Part shown: piece by piece, positions 26,699-35,714 of the stretch
Position numbering within the stretch: the stretch's first letter is position 1
Layout of the letters: every line of letters begins with the position of its first letter
Assembly (NCBI GenBank): GCA_023134135.1
Contig: JAGLVB010000004.1
Span: forward strand, 24,233 to 88,232
Direction of reading: 5' to 3'
DNA from: Candidatus Aenigmatarchaeota archaeon
GTDB taxonomy: Archaea; Aenigmatarchaeota; Aenigmatarchaeia; QMZS01
DNA: 64,000 nucleotides
Program-made: the position numbers and the translations under genes
The notes under the pieces: generated by a model
Seen by the model: the letters and a program-made list of their open reading frames with translations, nothing else
What the model was told of the DNA's origin: nothing
Databases searched by the model: none

Positions 26699-28714
26699 AT
26701 GAAGATTAAAATTGTTTCAATGAAGTTAATTTTGGTTTCTCTATTATTTCTAATTCTTACAACCCCAACTTTTGCAAACAGTATCAATTGTTCCCAGTGT
26801 TCTATAAACCAACAATGCACCTGCGAATTAAAGTTGGATGAAGGAACCTGCACAGATGGTCTATGGATAGTTTTAAAAAGCGAAGGAAATCCGTTGCAAA
26901 TTCAGGTAGTCGCAGATATCCCTCCAATAAATATAAGTTTCACCCCAACCGGAGAAGGAAAAATAAAGATAAATGGTTACTGTTTCAGCACCCCAATGCC
27001 TGTTATTTTAGAAAAGGAAATTAATATCAAAGCTTCATTCCTCCAGTGTCCAACAACCTGTAAAATTGGAGACTCTTGTTCTTGTTCAGTAAACAATTGC
27101 ACTGATGGTCTATATGTAATAATTAACAAAGTAAACAATCCTGTTGATTATAATATTTATCCTTATTTAAGCACTATTGCAACTGACCCTTATATAAATA
27201 TTTTCAAAGCAAAAGAAAATGGGACCGTTGGAATTGTTGCAGCCTGCTTCAGCCCGTTGCCAACAAAATCCACAACTGCTGATATAATTATTGGCGGAGG
27301 TCAGGTTCAACAATGCACAACACATCAGGATTGTGATGATTCAAATCCCTGCACTTCAGATATTTGTGATTCTAATGGACAATGTTTAAATACACCGATA
27401 ACTGCATGTATCAACAGTGATGGATGTTGCCCTTCAGGTTGCACTTCCACGAATGATAATGATTGCAGTCCAAATCCTACTGAGATTTGCAATAATGGAA
27501 TAGATGATGATGGAGATGGATGTATTGATACAGTTGATTCAGATTGTGGTGGAACAGAAACTAATTGTACTGATGGAATTGATAATGATTGTGATGGACA
27601 AATAGATGGTACTGATTCTGATTGCAGTCCAACACCAACCTGTTCAATAAATTCAGACTGTGATGATTCAAATCCCTGCACTTCAGATATTTGTGATTCT
27701 AATGGACAATGTTTAAATACACCGATAACTGCATGTATCAACAGTGATGGATGTTGCCCTTCAGGTTGCACTTCATCAAATGATAATGATTGCCCGACGC
27801 AATGTAAATTTCAGTTAACTTCAGATTCAACTCTGCAGGACAGACCTTCTTTGATATATGATGGAGGTAATTATTATCTTGCTTATCAATCTTGGGAGAC
27901 TGGAGATTCATTCAATGGAGATATATTTATAAAGAAATTTGATTCTGGTTGGAATGAACTTAAAAAAGTTAGGGTTACTTCAGAGAGTTCTTATCAGGAT
28001 TCCCCTTCTTTAATTATTGTCAATAATACTATATATATTGCTTATGTTTCAAATGAGACAGGACTTTGGGATATTTTTGTTAAACAATATAACTTAGATT
28101 TTAATGAATTAAAAAAGAAAATATTGACAACAAATTTATCTAATCAGGATTTACCTTCTTTGATATATGATGGAGGTAATTATTATCTTGCTTATCAATC
28201 TTGGGAGACTGGAGATTCATTCAATGGAGATATATTTATAAAGAAATTTGATTCTGGTTGGAATGAACTTAAAAAAGTTAGGGTTACTTCAGAGAGTTCT
28301 TATCAAGATAGACCTTCATTGAGATTTATTGATGGGTTTTATTATATAGTTTATTATTCAAGTGAGGTAGGAAATTATGATATTTTTATAAAAAGACTGG
28401 GTTTAAATTTAAATTTAGATGCTTCTTTTAAAAAACAGATTACTTTAGATTCATCCAGTCAATCATTTCCTTCCATTTATTTTAATAAAAATTATGTGAT
28501 AACTTATGCATCTAATGAAAGGGGCACTTTAGGTATTTTTATGAAAACTTATGATATTAATTGGAATTTTATTAATAAATCCTTAGTAATAGATGATAAT
28601 TCTTTTCACGAGAGAAGATCCAATTCAATATTTAATGCACCTAATAGTTGGGTGGTTTATACAGCCAATAAATTAGGCAATTCTGACTGGAATTTGTTTG
28701 CTATAAAGATATAA
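26699..28714 (+). CDS. Secreted mosaic protein: beta-sandwich-like N-terminus, duplicated Cys-rich modules, CxDGxDxDCDG metal-binding-like motifs and a C-terminal PD40/TolB-like beta-propeller repeat region (island unit C, gene 6)
   Basis: Signal MKLILVSLLFLILTTPTFA. Modules CDDSNPCTSDICDSNGQCLNTPITACINSDGCCPSGC x2, CNNGIDDDGDGCIDTVDSDC and CTDGIDNDCDGQIDGTDSDC. About six ~50-aa repeats of the type QD.PSL....YY.AY.S.E.G..DIF.K. Confidence 0.6.
   Translation: MKIKIVSMKLILVSLLFLILTTPTFANSINCSQCSINQQCTCELKLDEGTCTDGLWIVLKSEGNPLQIQVVADIPPINISFTPTGEGKIKINGYCFSTPMPVILEKEINIKASFLQCPTTCKIGDSCSCSVNNCTDGLYVIINKVNNPVDYNIYPYLSTIATDPYINIFKAKENGTVGIVAACFSPLPTKSTTADIIIGGGQVQQCTTHQDCDDSNPCTSDICDSNGQCLNTPITACINSDGCCPSGCTSTNDNDCSPNPTEICNNGIDDDGDGCIDTVDSDCGGTETNCTDGIDNDCDGQIDGTDSDCSPTPTCSINSDCDDSNPCTSDICDSNGQCLNTPITACINSDGCCPSGCTSSNDNDCPTQCKFQLTSDSTLQDRPSLIYDGGNYYLAYQSWETGDSFNGDIFIKKFDSGWNELKKVRVTSESSYQDSPSLIIVNNTIYIAYVSNETGLWDIFVKQYNLDFNELKKKILTTNLSNQDLPSLIYDGGNYYLAYQSWETGDSFNGDIFIKKFDSGWNELKKVRVTSESSYQDRPSLRFIDGFYYIVYYSSEVGNYDIFIKRLGLNLNLDASFKKQITLDSSSQSFPSIYFNKNYVITYASNERGTLGIFMKTYDINWNFINKSLVIDDNSFHERRSNSIFNAPNSWVVYTANKLGNSDWNLFAIKI
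27332..27447 (+). repeat. 116-bp perfect intragenic direct repeat, copy 1 (copy 2 at 27659-27774)
   Basis: Identical sequence tgtgatgattcaaatccctgcacttcag...ccttcaggttgcacttc with an in-frame offset of 327 bp. Confidence 0.85.
27659..27774 (+). repeat. 116-bp perfect intragenic direct repeat, copy 2
   Basis: Identical to 27332-27447. Confidence 0.85.
27844..27996 (+). repeat. 153-bp perfect intragenic direct repeat, copy 1 (copy 2 at 28153-28305)
   Basis: accttctttgatatatgatggaggtaattattatcttgc...cagagagttcttatca is identical with an in-frame offset of 309 bp (two propeller-like repeat units). Confidence 0.85.
28153..28305 (+). repeat. 153-bp perfect intragenic direct repeat, copy 2
   Basis: Identical to 27844-27996. 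Confidence 0.85.
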
Positions 28715-28762
28715 CTCAATTTTTAATGAAACTATAGGAACAGAAATTTATTAAATAACTAA

Positions 28763-28921
28763 TCAAGGCAATGACAATGCTCTGGTTAGAATCAAACCCA
28801 ATAAAATAGACGCCATTAAAAAAACCGCATAAGGATTAATATTCATAAATTGAATTAAACCAATACTTATTAGAATAGTAATTATAGATATTGCCAATAA
28901 TATCTTATTTTTTTTATTCAT
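28763..28921 (-). CDS. Possible 52-aa two-helix membrane peptide
   Basis: Below the track cutoff: MNKKNKILLAISIITILISIGLIQFMNINPYAVFLMASILLGLILTRALSLP. Lies downstream and co-oriented with 29007-29492. Confidence 0.3.
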   Translation of the reverse strand: MNKKNKILLAISIITILISIGLIQFMNINPYAVFLMASILLGLILTRALSLP

Positions 28922-29006
28922 AATTATATTGTTTTGATAAATATACGGATAGTTTATGCAATCATAGAGGGTAATCTATTCTAATAAAGATAAGGGAATA
29001 TCAAAT

Positions 29007-29492
29007 CTATCCAAGATACAAAATCACCAACCCAATTCTTTGTTCAGGCACAGGTATTAGTTGTTTATAAACGTATAAGGGTTCTCCTGAAAGAAATCCA
29101 TATTCAACAGTCCTGTTTGGGGTAATCACTTCAAGTTTCCACTTACCGGGCAGATAATTTTCAAATAAAGAAGGAATTATTTCTGTATTATTAAGAGTCC
29201 CCACCCCAATTCCATAGAAAGTTTTGTATTGTTCTGTGGGATCGTTTTTGATATGTTTTGAAAGAACAGCATCTATAACTGTTTCTATATAAGGTTTCTC
29301 CACAAAATCAACTTTGTTATTGAATAAAGAAAAAATTGCAAGATTTCCTTCTTCTCTTAGGAACCTGAGACCAACAGTTTTTTCAGTTTCAGTCTCTTTC
29401 AATAAGCTTTGTGTGGTCAGAAATGCAAGTAATGTAAAAATGGCAAGAACAATCACAACCAGATACATAAACTCTTCAGAGATACCTTTCAT
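29007..29492 (-). CDS. Class III signal (pilin-like) protein (island unit D, gene 2)
   Basis: MKGISEEFMYLVVIVLAIFTLLAFL leader/helix followed by a beta-rich mature part. Confidence 0.45.
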   Translation of the reverse strand: MKGISEEFMYLVVIVLAIFTLLAFLTTQSLLKETETEKTVGLRFLREEGNLAIFSLFNNKVDFVEKPYIETVIDAVLSKHIKNDPTEQYKTFYGIGVGTLNNTEIIPSLFENYLPGKWKLEVITPNRTVEYGFLSGEPLYVYKQLIPVPEQRIGLVILYLG

Positions 29493-29522
29493 AATATAGT
29501 TTAAATAAATAGAAAATAAAAA

Positions 29523-30131
29523 TTAATTTTGGTAATAGTCGCAAAGAGGTACAGGTACATCGTGCGTGCCATTCCATTCTAATAGTGTTTCATTGAAATA
29601 TCTTGTGAACCAGTTTGATTCCGGAGGCAATGCATTCATATTCAGTCCGCATTCTATATCTTTTGTTGGCACTAAACCCAACTCATTTGTTACATAGTTT
29701 GTGGCAAGAGTAAAGTTTTCATATTTTGTATATCCTGCTTGGCATAACTGATTTGCGCAACCTTTCATTGGAACATCACCAAATCTTGCGCATGGCGCAA
29801 TAAGGAAACAGTATATTCTATCTTCGCATACATCCCATTGCACTTTTTTACCTATTGTTATCAATTCATTTTCTTCCCCGTCCCCGTCCCAGTCAACTCT
29901 GGAAACTGGTATATCTTTTCCAAAATAATCAGTGCAGTAGCTGAGACTTGAACTTTCTGTGCAGTATCCTTCGCATTTCTCTATGAATTCTCTCATTTCT
30001 AATTCTCCCGCAGCGCTGGGCATCCTGTCAGGACTTATATAATACAGCAATAGACTGATTATAACGCCTGCAACTACCAGCAGAATTACGAGTCCAATAA
30101 CCATTTCTAAACTCATTTGACCCTTTTTCAT
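29523..30131 (-). CDS. Class III signal (type IV pilin-like) Cys-rich protein (island unit D, gene 1)
   Basis: Textbook-looking archaeal prepilin N-terminus MKKGQMSLEMVIGLVILLVVAGVIISL. Paralog of 25314-26276. Confidence 0.6.
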   Translation of the reverse strand: MKKGQMSLEMVIGLVILLVVAGVIISLLLYYISPDRMPSAAGELEMREFIEKCEGYCTESSSLSYCTDYFGKDIPVSRVDWDGDGEENELITIGKKVQWDVCEDRIYCFLIAPCARFGDVPMKGCANQLCQAGYTKYENFTLATNYVTNELGLVPTKDIECGLNMNALPPESNWFTRYFNETLLEWNGTHDVPVPLCDYYQN

Positions 30132-30183
30132 AATATAACTCTTATTTATAAATAATATGGTACTTTGTAAAAACTAGTTAATT

Positions 30184-32262
30184 ATGGTTGAACCAAATCC
30201 ATTGCCAAAATCTGAATATTATAAAAGGTTTGAAAAAGTTGAAATTGAATTTTTTACTTTAGGTAAATATGAATCTTTTTGCAAGTTTTCCCGCAATTAT
30301 ATAAAATTAAGAGCTCCAAAGTTTTTAAGAAAAATATGGGATGATGCGATATTCATGTCTGGTCTTAAAGTTAATTCTGATGAGGTTTTTTCTGCTTTGA
30401 TTTTCTCAATAATTGTTTCATTTTTGTTTTTGTTTCCTTTTGCCGTCTTTCTGGAATCTCCCACTAACCTGCTTGTTGTAATGGGGATACCTTTATTTAT
30501 TGCTTATAATGTTTATTCTTATCCTAAATTTAATTCAGATGTTGTCCGTATAAGGGCTGGAAATGAAATGGTTGATATAATTTTGTATATGGTTATTTAT
30601 CTTTCTTTAAATCCTGTTTTTGAGAAGGCTGTTGAGTTTGCTGCAATGAATTGTTATGGACCTATAGGAGAAGATTACAAGAAGATTATCTGGGATGTGG
30701 ATATGGGTAAATATATCAGTATCAGGGAAGCGATTGGAGTGCATACACGGAAGTGGACGATATGGAATGAAGAATTTGTCACTTCTTTAATTACTCTGCA
30801 GATGGTTGGAATGACTTCTTCAGAGAAAAGAAAGCATGAGTTGCTGGAAGAAGCATTAGACAGGACATTAAAGAATACCTATACAAAGATGGAGGAATAT
30901 GCAATTGCTTTGAAAATGCCTTCCATGATGTTGATGTCTTTTGGGATTATATTGCCTTTGATGGGTTTGATAATGTTTCCTATTATAAGCGTTTTTTTGA
31001 CAGATTCAGTAAATCCAATATATATCATAGTTGGATATACAATAGTGTTGCCTTTTTTGCTGTGGTGGTATCTTTACAGATTAGTTTCGAGGCGTCCAAG
31101 CGCATTCTCGCATTCTTCAAAAACAGGAGGCATAAAACCAGCGAAGTTTATAGAAATAAGAAAATATAACCTAAAACTGCCAATAAAAATGACTGCTATA
31201 TTAATTGGAACTATTTTAATTATTCCAGGTCTTATGTATATTGGTCAGGTGATATTTGATCAACATTTTATATATGCAAATTATGAAGGGGATTATGCTG
31301 ATGATAAATGGAAAGAATACTGTCTGGCAAGATATGGGTCAGAATATATTTTATGGGATCTTTTAAGCGCTATGTTTATTATCTGGGGTATTGGAAGCGC
31401 GATAATTGTTTATACTTATTTTACAAGTAAGGATCGCTATCAACTTGAGGAATATATAAAAAAGACTGAGGCAAATATGATTGATGGTTTGTTTGAGTTG
31501 CAAAATCCTCTGGCTCAGAATATTCCAATAGAAGTTGCGTTGCCAAAAGTTCTTAATAAATATGACCGGATGAACCGGAAAAAAACGCCGGTTTATGAGT
31601 TTTTTAGCAAGATATTTAACAGCATTTCCCGCCTTTCAATGACTTTCAGGAGTTCTTTGTTTGATGAGAAGTATGGTTTAATGAAAGATTATCCTTCATC
31701 AACGATAAAAAATATAATGGGTATTATTGCTGATTCTCTGACGAAAGGACCTTTAATTGTTGCGGGCGCAATCAAAAATATTATTAGAAGCATGAAGAAA
31801 ACAGAGGAGATAGAGGCGAGGATAAGATATTTGCTTGAGGATGTTGTTACCAATCTAAAAACACAGACCACCTTTATCGCTCCTTTGATGGGGGGTATTT
31901 CTGCGGCCACAGGGGTTTTAATTGTTCAACTATTGCAGAGTATTGCTTTTGCTCTTTCAAAAGTGGAAAAGATGTATTCCAGCGGGGCAGGGAGTACGGT
32001 ATTTCAAGGTCTGGATTTAATAAAACTGGAAGAAGTGATGCCTCCAACAGTTCTTGAATTGACTATAGGAATTTATCTTATAGAAGTTGTGGTTATAATG
32101 TGTATATTTATTGTGGGAATTGACCGTGGGTTTGATGAAGTTTGCAGGGATTATACAATATCAAGAAATCTTACAATTGCTCTTATATTCTTTTCAGTAA
32201 TAATGATAATTATGGTTATGATATTCCAGCCAATTGTTTTGCAGATTTCGGCTTCAGTATGA
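30184..32262 (+). CDS. FlaJ/TadC/PilC-type (T2SS-F family) polytopic platform protein of a type IV filament system
   Basis: 692-aa protein with two membrane-embedded repeats. The cytoplasmic helical segment NEMVDIILYMVIYLSLNPVFEKAVEFAAMNCYGPIGEDYKKIIWDVDMGKYISIREAIG fits the T2SS-F pattern (G.sl..A......gP...e......i..G.s...A). Confidence 0.55.
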   Translation: MVEPNPLPKSEYYKRFEKVEIEFFTLGKYESFCKFSRNYIKLRAPKFLRKIWDDAIFMSGLKVNSDEVFSALIFSIIVSFLFLFPFAVFLESPTNLLVVMGIPLFIAYNVYSYPKFNSDVVRIRAGNEMVDIILYMVIYLSLNPVFEKAVEFAAMNCYGPIGEDYKKIIWDVDMGKYISIREAIGVHTRKWTIWNEEFVTSLITLQMVGMTSSEKRKHELLEEALDRTLKNTYTKMEEYAIALKMPSMMLMSFGIILPLMGLIMFPIISVFLTDSVNPIYIIVGYTIVLPFLLWWYLYRLVSRRPSAFSHSSKTGGIKPAKFIEIRKYNLKLPIKMTAILIGTILIIPGLMYIGQVIFDQHFIYANYEGDYADDKWKEYCLARYGSEYILWDLLSAMFIIWGIGSAIIVYTYFTSKDRYQLEEYIKKTEANMIDGLFELQNPLAQNIPIEVALPKVLNKYDRMNRKKTPVYEFFSKIFNSISRLSMTFRSSLFDEKYGLMKDYPSSTIKNIMGIIADSLTKGPLIVAGAIKNIIRSMKKTEEIEARIRYLLEDVVTNLKTQTTFIAPLMGGISAATGVLIVQLLQSIAFALSKVEKMYSSGAGSTVFQGLDLIKLEEVMPPTVLELTIGIYLIEVVVIMCIFIVGIDRGFDEVCRDYTISRNLTIALIFFSVIMIIMVMIFQPIVLQISASV

Positions 32263-32654
32263 AAGGAAACGAATATTCAGTGCAAACAATAATGTTTTTG
32301 GTTGCGAGTGTTTTTGCTGTGCTGGCGCTTATAACACTGGCAACTTCTTTTATTCCAGTGAATGATGGAAAGGAGTTTGAACTCAATGGCGATAAAGATG
32401 ATGTTATTCTGGATTTAAAGAATTATATCTATGATTGCGCTGAACAAAACAAAGGAAGTCATGACACTGTTCTTTGTTTTAAAATTTTTGCGAATTTTAC
32501 AGGCACAATAACCAAAACTGAAATGGTGCAGCGTCTTGACCCTCTCAGGATCGAATCAGGTGATTTGGAGATGGATGATTTAACAGGACCTGTTTATATA
32601 ATAATGAGTTGCGCCTTAGATAAAATAATTATAGAAAATAGATATTATGGGTAA
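32259..32654 (+). CDS. Class III signal (pilin-like) protein (island unit E, gene 2)
   Basis: Internal ATG overlapping the platform-gene stop (ATGA at 32259-32262) gives MKGNEYSVQTIMFLVASVFAVLALITL. The track's longer N-terminus overlaps the platform gene. Confidence 0.5.
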   Translation: MKGNEYSVQTIMFLVASVFAVLALITLATSFIPVNDGKEFELNGDKDDVILDLKNYIYDCAEQNKGSHDTVLCFKIFANFTGTITKTEMVQRLDPLRIESGDLEMDDLTGPVYIIMSCALDKIIIENRYYG

Positions 32655-33189
32655 GGGAATTGGCATTAATGTTGTTGTTGCTATGGTAGTTGCTCTTACA
32701 GGCGTATTATTATTTATGGGTCTTATTACAGGAACTCTGCAGGAGAGTCTTACAATGCTTTATTGCGGTTCTTATATAAGGATAGCCGGTATGATGCCTT
32801 CTTCGGAGAATCCTTCAATTCCTGATGTTTGCGTTTATGGAAGACCTTTAGAAACATTTAGGGTAGATGAGAGCGATAATAAGAAAGTATCCAGAATTAT
32901 ATTGTCTTACATAATCTCCTGTTGGGATAAAGTGGAAAATTTGCGTTTGGAAAAAGATTATGCTTGTTATGAATTAGCGCTTACTGAAACTGTGGCTAAT
33001 GTTGATGAAGGAAATGTGAGTCATATTCTGGTGAAAGAAGACCATTGCAGTTCTATAGAGAACTCTGACTATGGGTGCGGCGCAAAAGATCAAATCGTCT
33101 GGTCTGTGGATGGAGGTGTTATAAATACTCAAAAAGTATTATTAATATATTATGACTATGCGAATGATTGTATTATGGTGAAAGGATGA
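32647..33189 (+). CDS. Class III signal (pilin-like) Cys-containing protein (island unit E, gene 3)
   Basis: MGKGIGINVVVAMVVALTGVLLFMGLI. 8-nt overlap with the upstream gene. Confidence 0.5.
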   Translation: MGKGIGINVVVAMVVALTGVLLFMGLITGTLQESLTMLYCGSYIRIAGMMPSSENPSIPDVCVYGRPLETFRVDESDNKKVSRIILSYIISCWDKVENLRLEKDYACYELALTETVANVDEGNVSHILVKEDHCSSIENSDYGCGAKDQIVWSVDGGVINTQKVLLIYYDYANDCIMVKG

Positions 33190-33590
33190 AGAAGGGAGAT
33201 TTGGCATTGGACACAATAGTTAGTTGGATTATATTATTGGTTGTAGCCGGAGTTGTGATAGGGCTTATTTTTGGTTTTTCTGATCAAATTAAAGTAATAT
33301 TAAATCTTGAAAGTGAAGAAAAATCTTATGATACTGAATATATGACAAGCGCTTCTTTTTCAGAATCTCAAGTGGGAACTTACATAGAAATCTGCTGGTC
33401 AAAAACCGGAGAAAGATTTACAAAGGATTTCATATGTTATACTTTAGAGGGGAATATTTCTGCTGTAAATCCTGTTACTATTGCAGGCGCTTACGACGGT
33501 TATGTGGTGGAATCCAATTTTGATAATACAAAAGGAATATTGATAATAAGGTTTGAGGACATTGGAAACAAGATAATTTTGACAAATTAA
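33186..33590 (+). CDS. Class III signal (type IV pilin-like) protein (island unit E, gene 4)
   Basis: An ATGA overlap at 33186-33189 gives MKKGDLALDTIVSWIILLVVAGVVIGL, nearly the same helix as the 29523 and 25314 products. Confidence 0.55.
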   Translation: MKKGDLALDTIVSWIILLVVAGVVIGLIFGFSDQIKVILNLESEEKSYDTEYMTSASFSESQVGTYIEICWSKTGERFTKDFICYTLEGNISAVNPVTIAGAYDGYVVESNFDNTKGILIIRFEDIGNKIILTN

Positions 33591-33749
33591 CCAAGATAAC
33601 AAAATATATAATCTTTTGTTTTTAGTTTTAGGCAACTTATTTAAAATAATCTCAGACTATCTTTAGATATTTTTCTCCAAACAAAATAGCGGGGTATTAA
33701 GCAGTTCAGAGTAAATATCAAGGAATAAATTAAAAATAATTCTGTTAAT

Positions 33750-35666
33750 TTATTGAATAATCTTCTTAAGTTCCTCAACGCTCTCCGGGTTTGCAAGAGT
33801 GCTTAAATCTCCCATATCTTCCTTGGAGAATAATTTCCTCAAAATCCTCCTCATTATCTTTCCGCTTCTTGTTTTTGGAAGTTCTTTTACAAAATAAATT
33901 TCCGCGGGTCTTGCAATTTTACCAATTCCTTTTTCAACCTGTTGCACTATTTCTTTTTTCATTTCATCCCCGGGCTTTCCGGATTTTAGAACAACAAACG
34001 CTAATGGAACCTCTCCTTTAATTTCATGAGGAATTCCTATGACTGCGCATTCGCTTACTTTTTTGTAAGAATCAATTATATTTTCAAGTTCTCCTGTTGA
34101 GAGCCTATGACCTGCAACTTTAATCACATCATCCGCCCTTCCAACAATTCTTATCAAACCGTTTTTGTCTTTGTAAGCAACATCGCTTGTAAAATAGATT
34201 TTGTTTCCATAAGTTCCGAAATAAGTTTCCTGATATTTTTTTGGGTTTTTGTAAACTCCTCTCAACATTCCAGGGCTAAAAGGGGGAAGAATTACAAGGT
34301 TTCCTTTTTCATTGGCTTTCACTGGTTTACCTTCCTTGTTAAGTATGTCTGTTCTAATCCCTGGGAAAGGTATGCCTGTAAATGTTGGTTTAAATGGACC
34401 TATTCCCGGAAGACTTGTTATTAAAATACCTCCTGTTTCAGTCTGCCACCAAGTATCTAAAATAGGGCAGTTTCCTTTTCCAACCTGATTAAAATACCAT
34501 TTCCAGGCCTCTTCATCTATTGGTTCTCCCACAGAACTGATTAATTGCAGAGTGCTCATTTTTTCTTTTATTGTCCTCATTTCTTTTTCAAACATTCTTA
34601 TTGCTGTTGGGGCTGTGTAAAAAGTAGTTACTCCGTATTTCTCAATTGTTTTGCACCATTGGTTTGGTTCTGGGTACCCCGGCACTCCTTCATAAAGCAC
34701 AAATGTTGTCCCGTTTAATAAAGGACCGTAGCAGGAATAGGTGTGACCTGTTATCCAACCCAAATCAGCAGTGCTCCAGAATATATCATCGTCTTTTAAA
34801 TCAAAAATAAGTTTTGTGGTTGCATATGCCTGCACAGTGTAACCTCCGCATGTGTGGATTATTCCTTTTGGTTTCCCGGTTGAACCGCTTGTAAATAATA
34901 TGAATAAAGTATCTTCGGAATTCATCTTTGCGGCTTCGCAATGATCTTTCTGGTTTTCAGTTAATTCATTCCAATAGTAGTCTCTTCCTTTTTTGAATTT
35001 GATTTGATTGCCTGCTCTTTTTACAACCACAACTTTCTTTACATTTGTGCCTTTGATTCCTTCATCTGCGCTGTCTTTTAGGTTTACAATTTTTCCTCTC
35101 CTGTAATAACCATCCGCAGTTATAAGTATTTTTGCTTTTGTGCCTTCAAGCCTGATTTTTAATGCATTGGATGAGAAAGCGGAAAATACTACTGCGTGAA
35201 CCGCGCCGATTCTTGCGCACGCAAGCATTGCAATTATTGTTTCAGGGAGCATTGGCATATAGATTCCAACCACATCCCCTTTTTTAACCCCAAGTTGTTT
35301 AAGCGCATTTGAAAATTTATTTACCTGTCTGGATAATTCATAATAAGTAAGTATTCTTTCTCTTTCTTCCAAAGGTTCAGGCTCCCAGATTAAAGCAACT
35401 TTGTTTCTTCTTTCTTCAAGATTTTTATCAAGGCAATTATAACTAATATTAATTTTTCCTCCGGTGAACCACTGGAAGTATGGGGGCTTATGAACAAAAG
35501 TTTTTTTTGGTTTGTTGAACCAATATAATTCTTTAGCAATATCTGCCCAAAATTTTGTGGGATTTTTAAGCGCTTTTTTGTAGATTGAATTATTGTTTAT
35601 CAAAGCCTTTTTTTTGAATTCCTTGTCTGGGAAAAACATATTTTTTTTATTAATTATTTTACCCAT
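33750..35666 (-). CDS. acs: Acetyl-CoA synthetase (AMP-forming acetate--CoA ligase)
   Basis: 638 aa with typical Acs blocks FTSGSTGKPKG, WWQTETGG, DGYYRRGKIVN.., RADDVIKVAGHRLSTGE and KTRSGKIMRR. Confidence 0.9.
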   Translation of the reverse strand: MGKIINKKNMFFPDKEFKKKALINNNSIYKKALKNPTKFWADIAKELYWFNKPKKTFVHKPPYFQWFTGGKINISYNCLDKNLEERRNKVALIWEPEPLEERERILTYYELSRQVNKFSNALKQLGVKKGDVVGIYMPMLPETIIAMLACARIGAVHAVVFSAFSSNALKIRLEGTKAKILITADGYYRRGKIVNLKDSADEGIKGTNVKKVVVVKRAGNQIKFKKGRDYYWNELTENQKDHCEAAKMNSEDTLFILFTSGSTGKPKGIIHTCGGYTVQAYATTKLIFDLKDDDIFWSTADLGWITGHTYSCYGPLLNGTTFVLYEGVPGYPEPNQWCKTIEKYGVTTFYTAPTAIRMFEKEMRTIKEKMSTLQLISSVGEPIDEEAWKWYFNQVGKGNCPILDTWWQTETGGILITSLPGIGPFKPTFTGIPFPGIRTDILNKEGKPVKANEKGNLVILPPFSPGMLRGVYKNPKKYQETYFGTYGNKIYFTSDVAYKDKNGLIRIVGRADDVIKVAGHRLSTGELENIIDSYKKVSECAVIGIPHEIKGEVPLAFVVLKSGKPGDEMKKEIVQQVEKGIGKIARPAEIYFVKELPKTRSGKIMRRILRKLFSKEDMGDLSTLANPESVEELKKIIQ

Positions 35667-35714
35667 TATATACTAAGGTTATATATAATAAAAAATAAAA
35701 ATTAAAACTGGTAT

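Noticed and set aside
27325-27771. 148-aa minus-strand ORF antisense to the repeat-containing surface protein gene. Similar long antisense ORFs occur at 15651-16082, 23680-24057, 24420-24782, 25726-26109 and 60410-60961.
   Set aside because: All lie entirely inside stronger sense-strand genes with recognisable domains or signals. Their sequences are low-complexity mirrors of the sense repeats (e.g. the poly-S mirror of the poly-E linker). They have no independent start context.
27332-28305. Possible diversity-generating retroelement (template/variable repeat pair) in the surface protein gene.
   Set aside because: The repeat pairs are perfectly identical rather than differing at adenine positions. 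Both copies are in-frame inside the same gene. No reverse transcriptase is present in the window.
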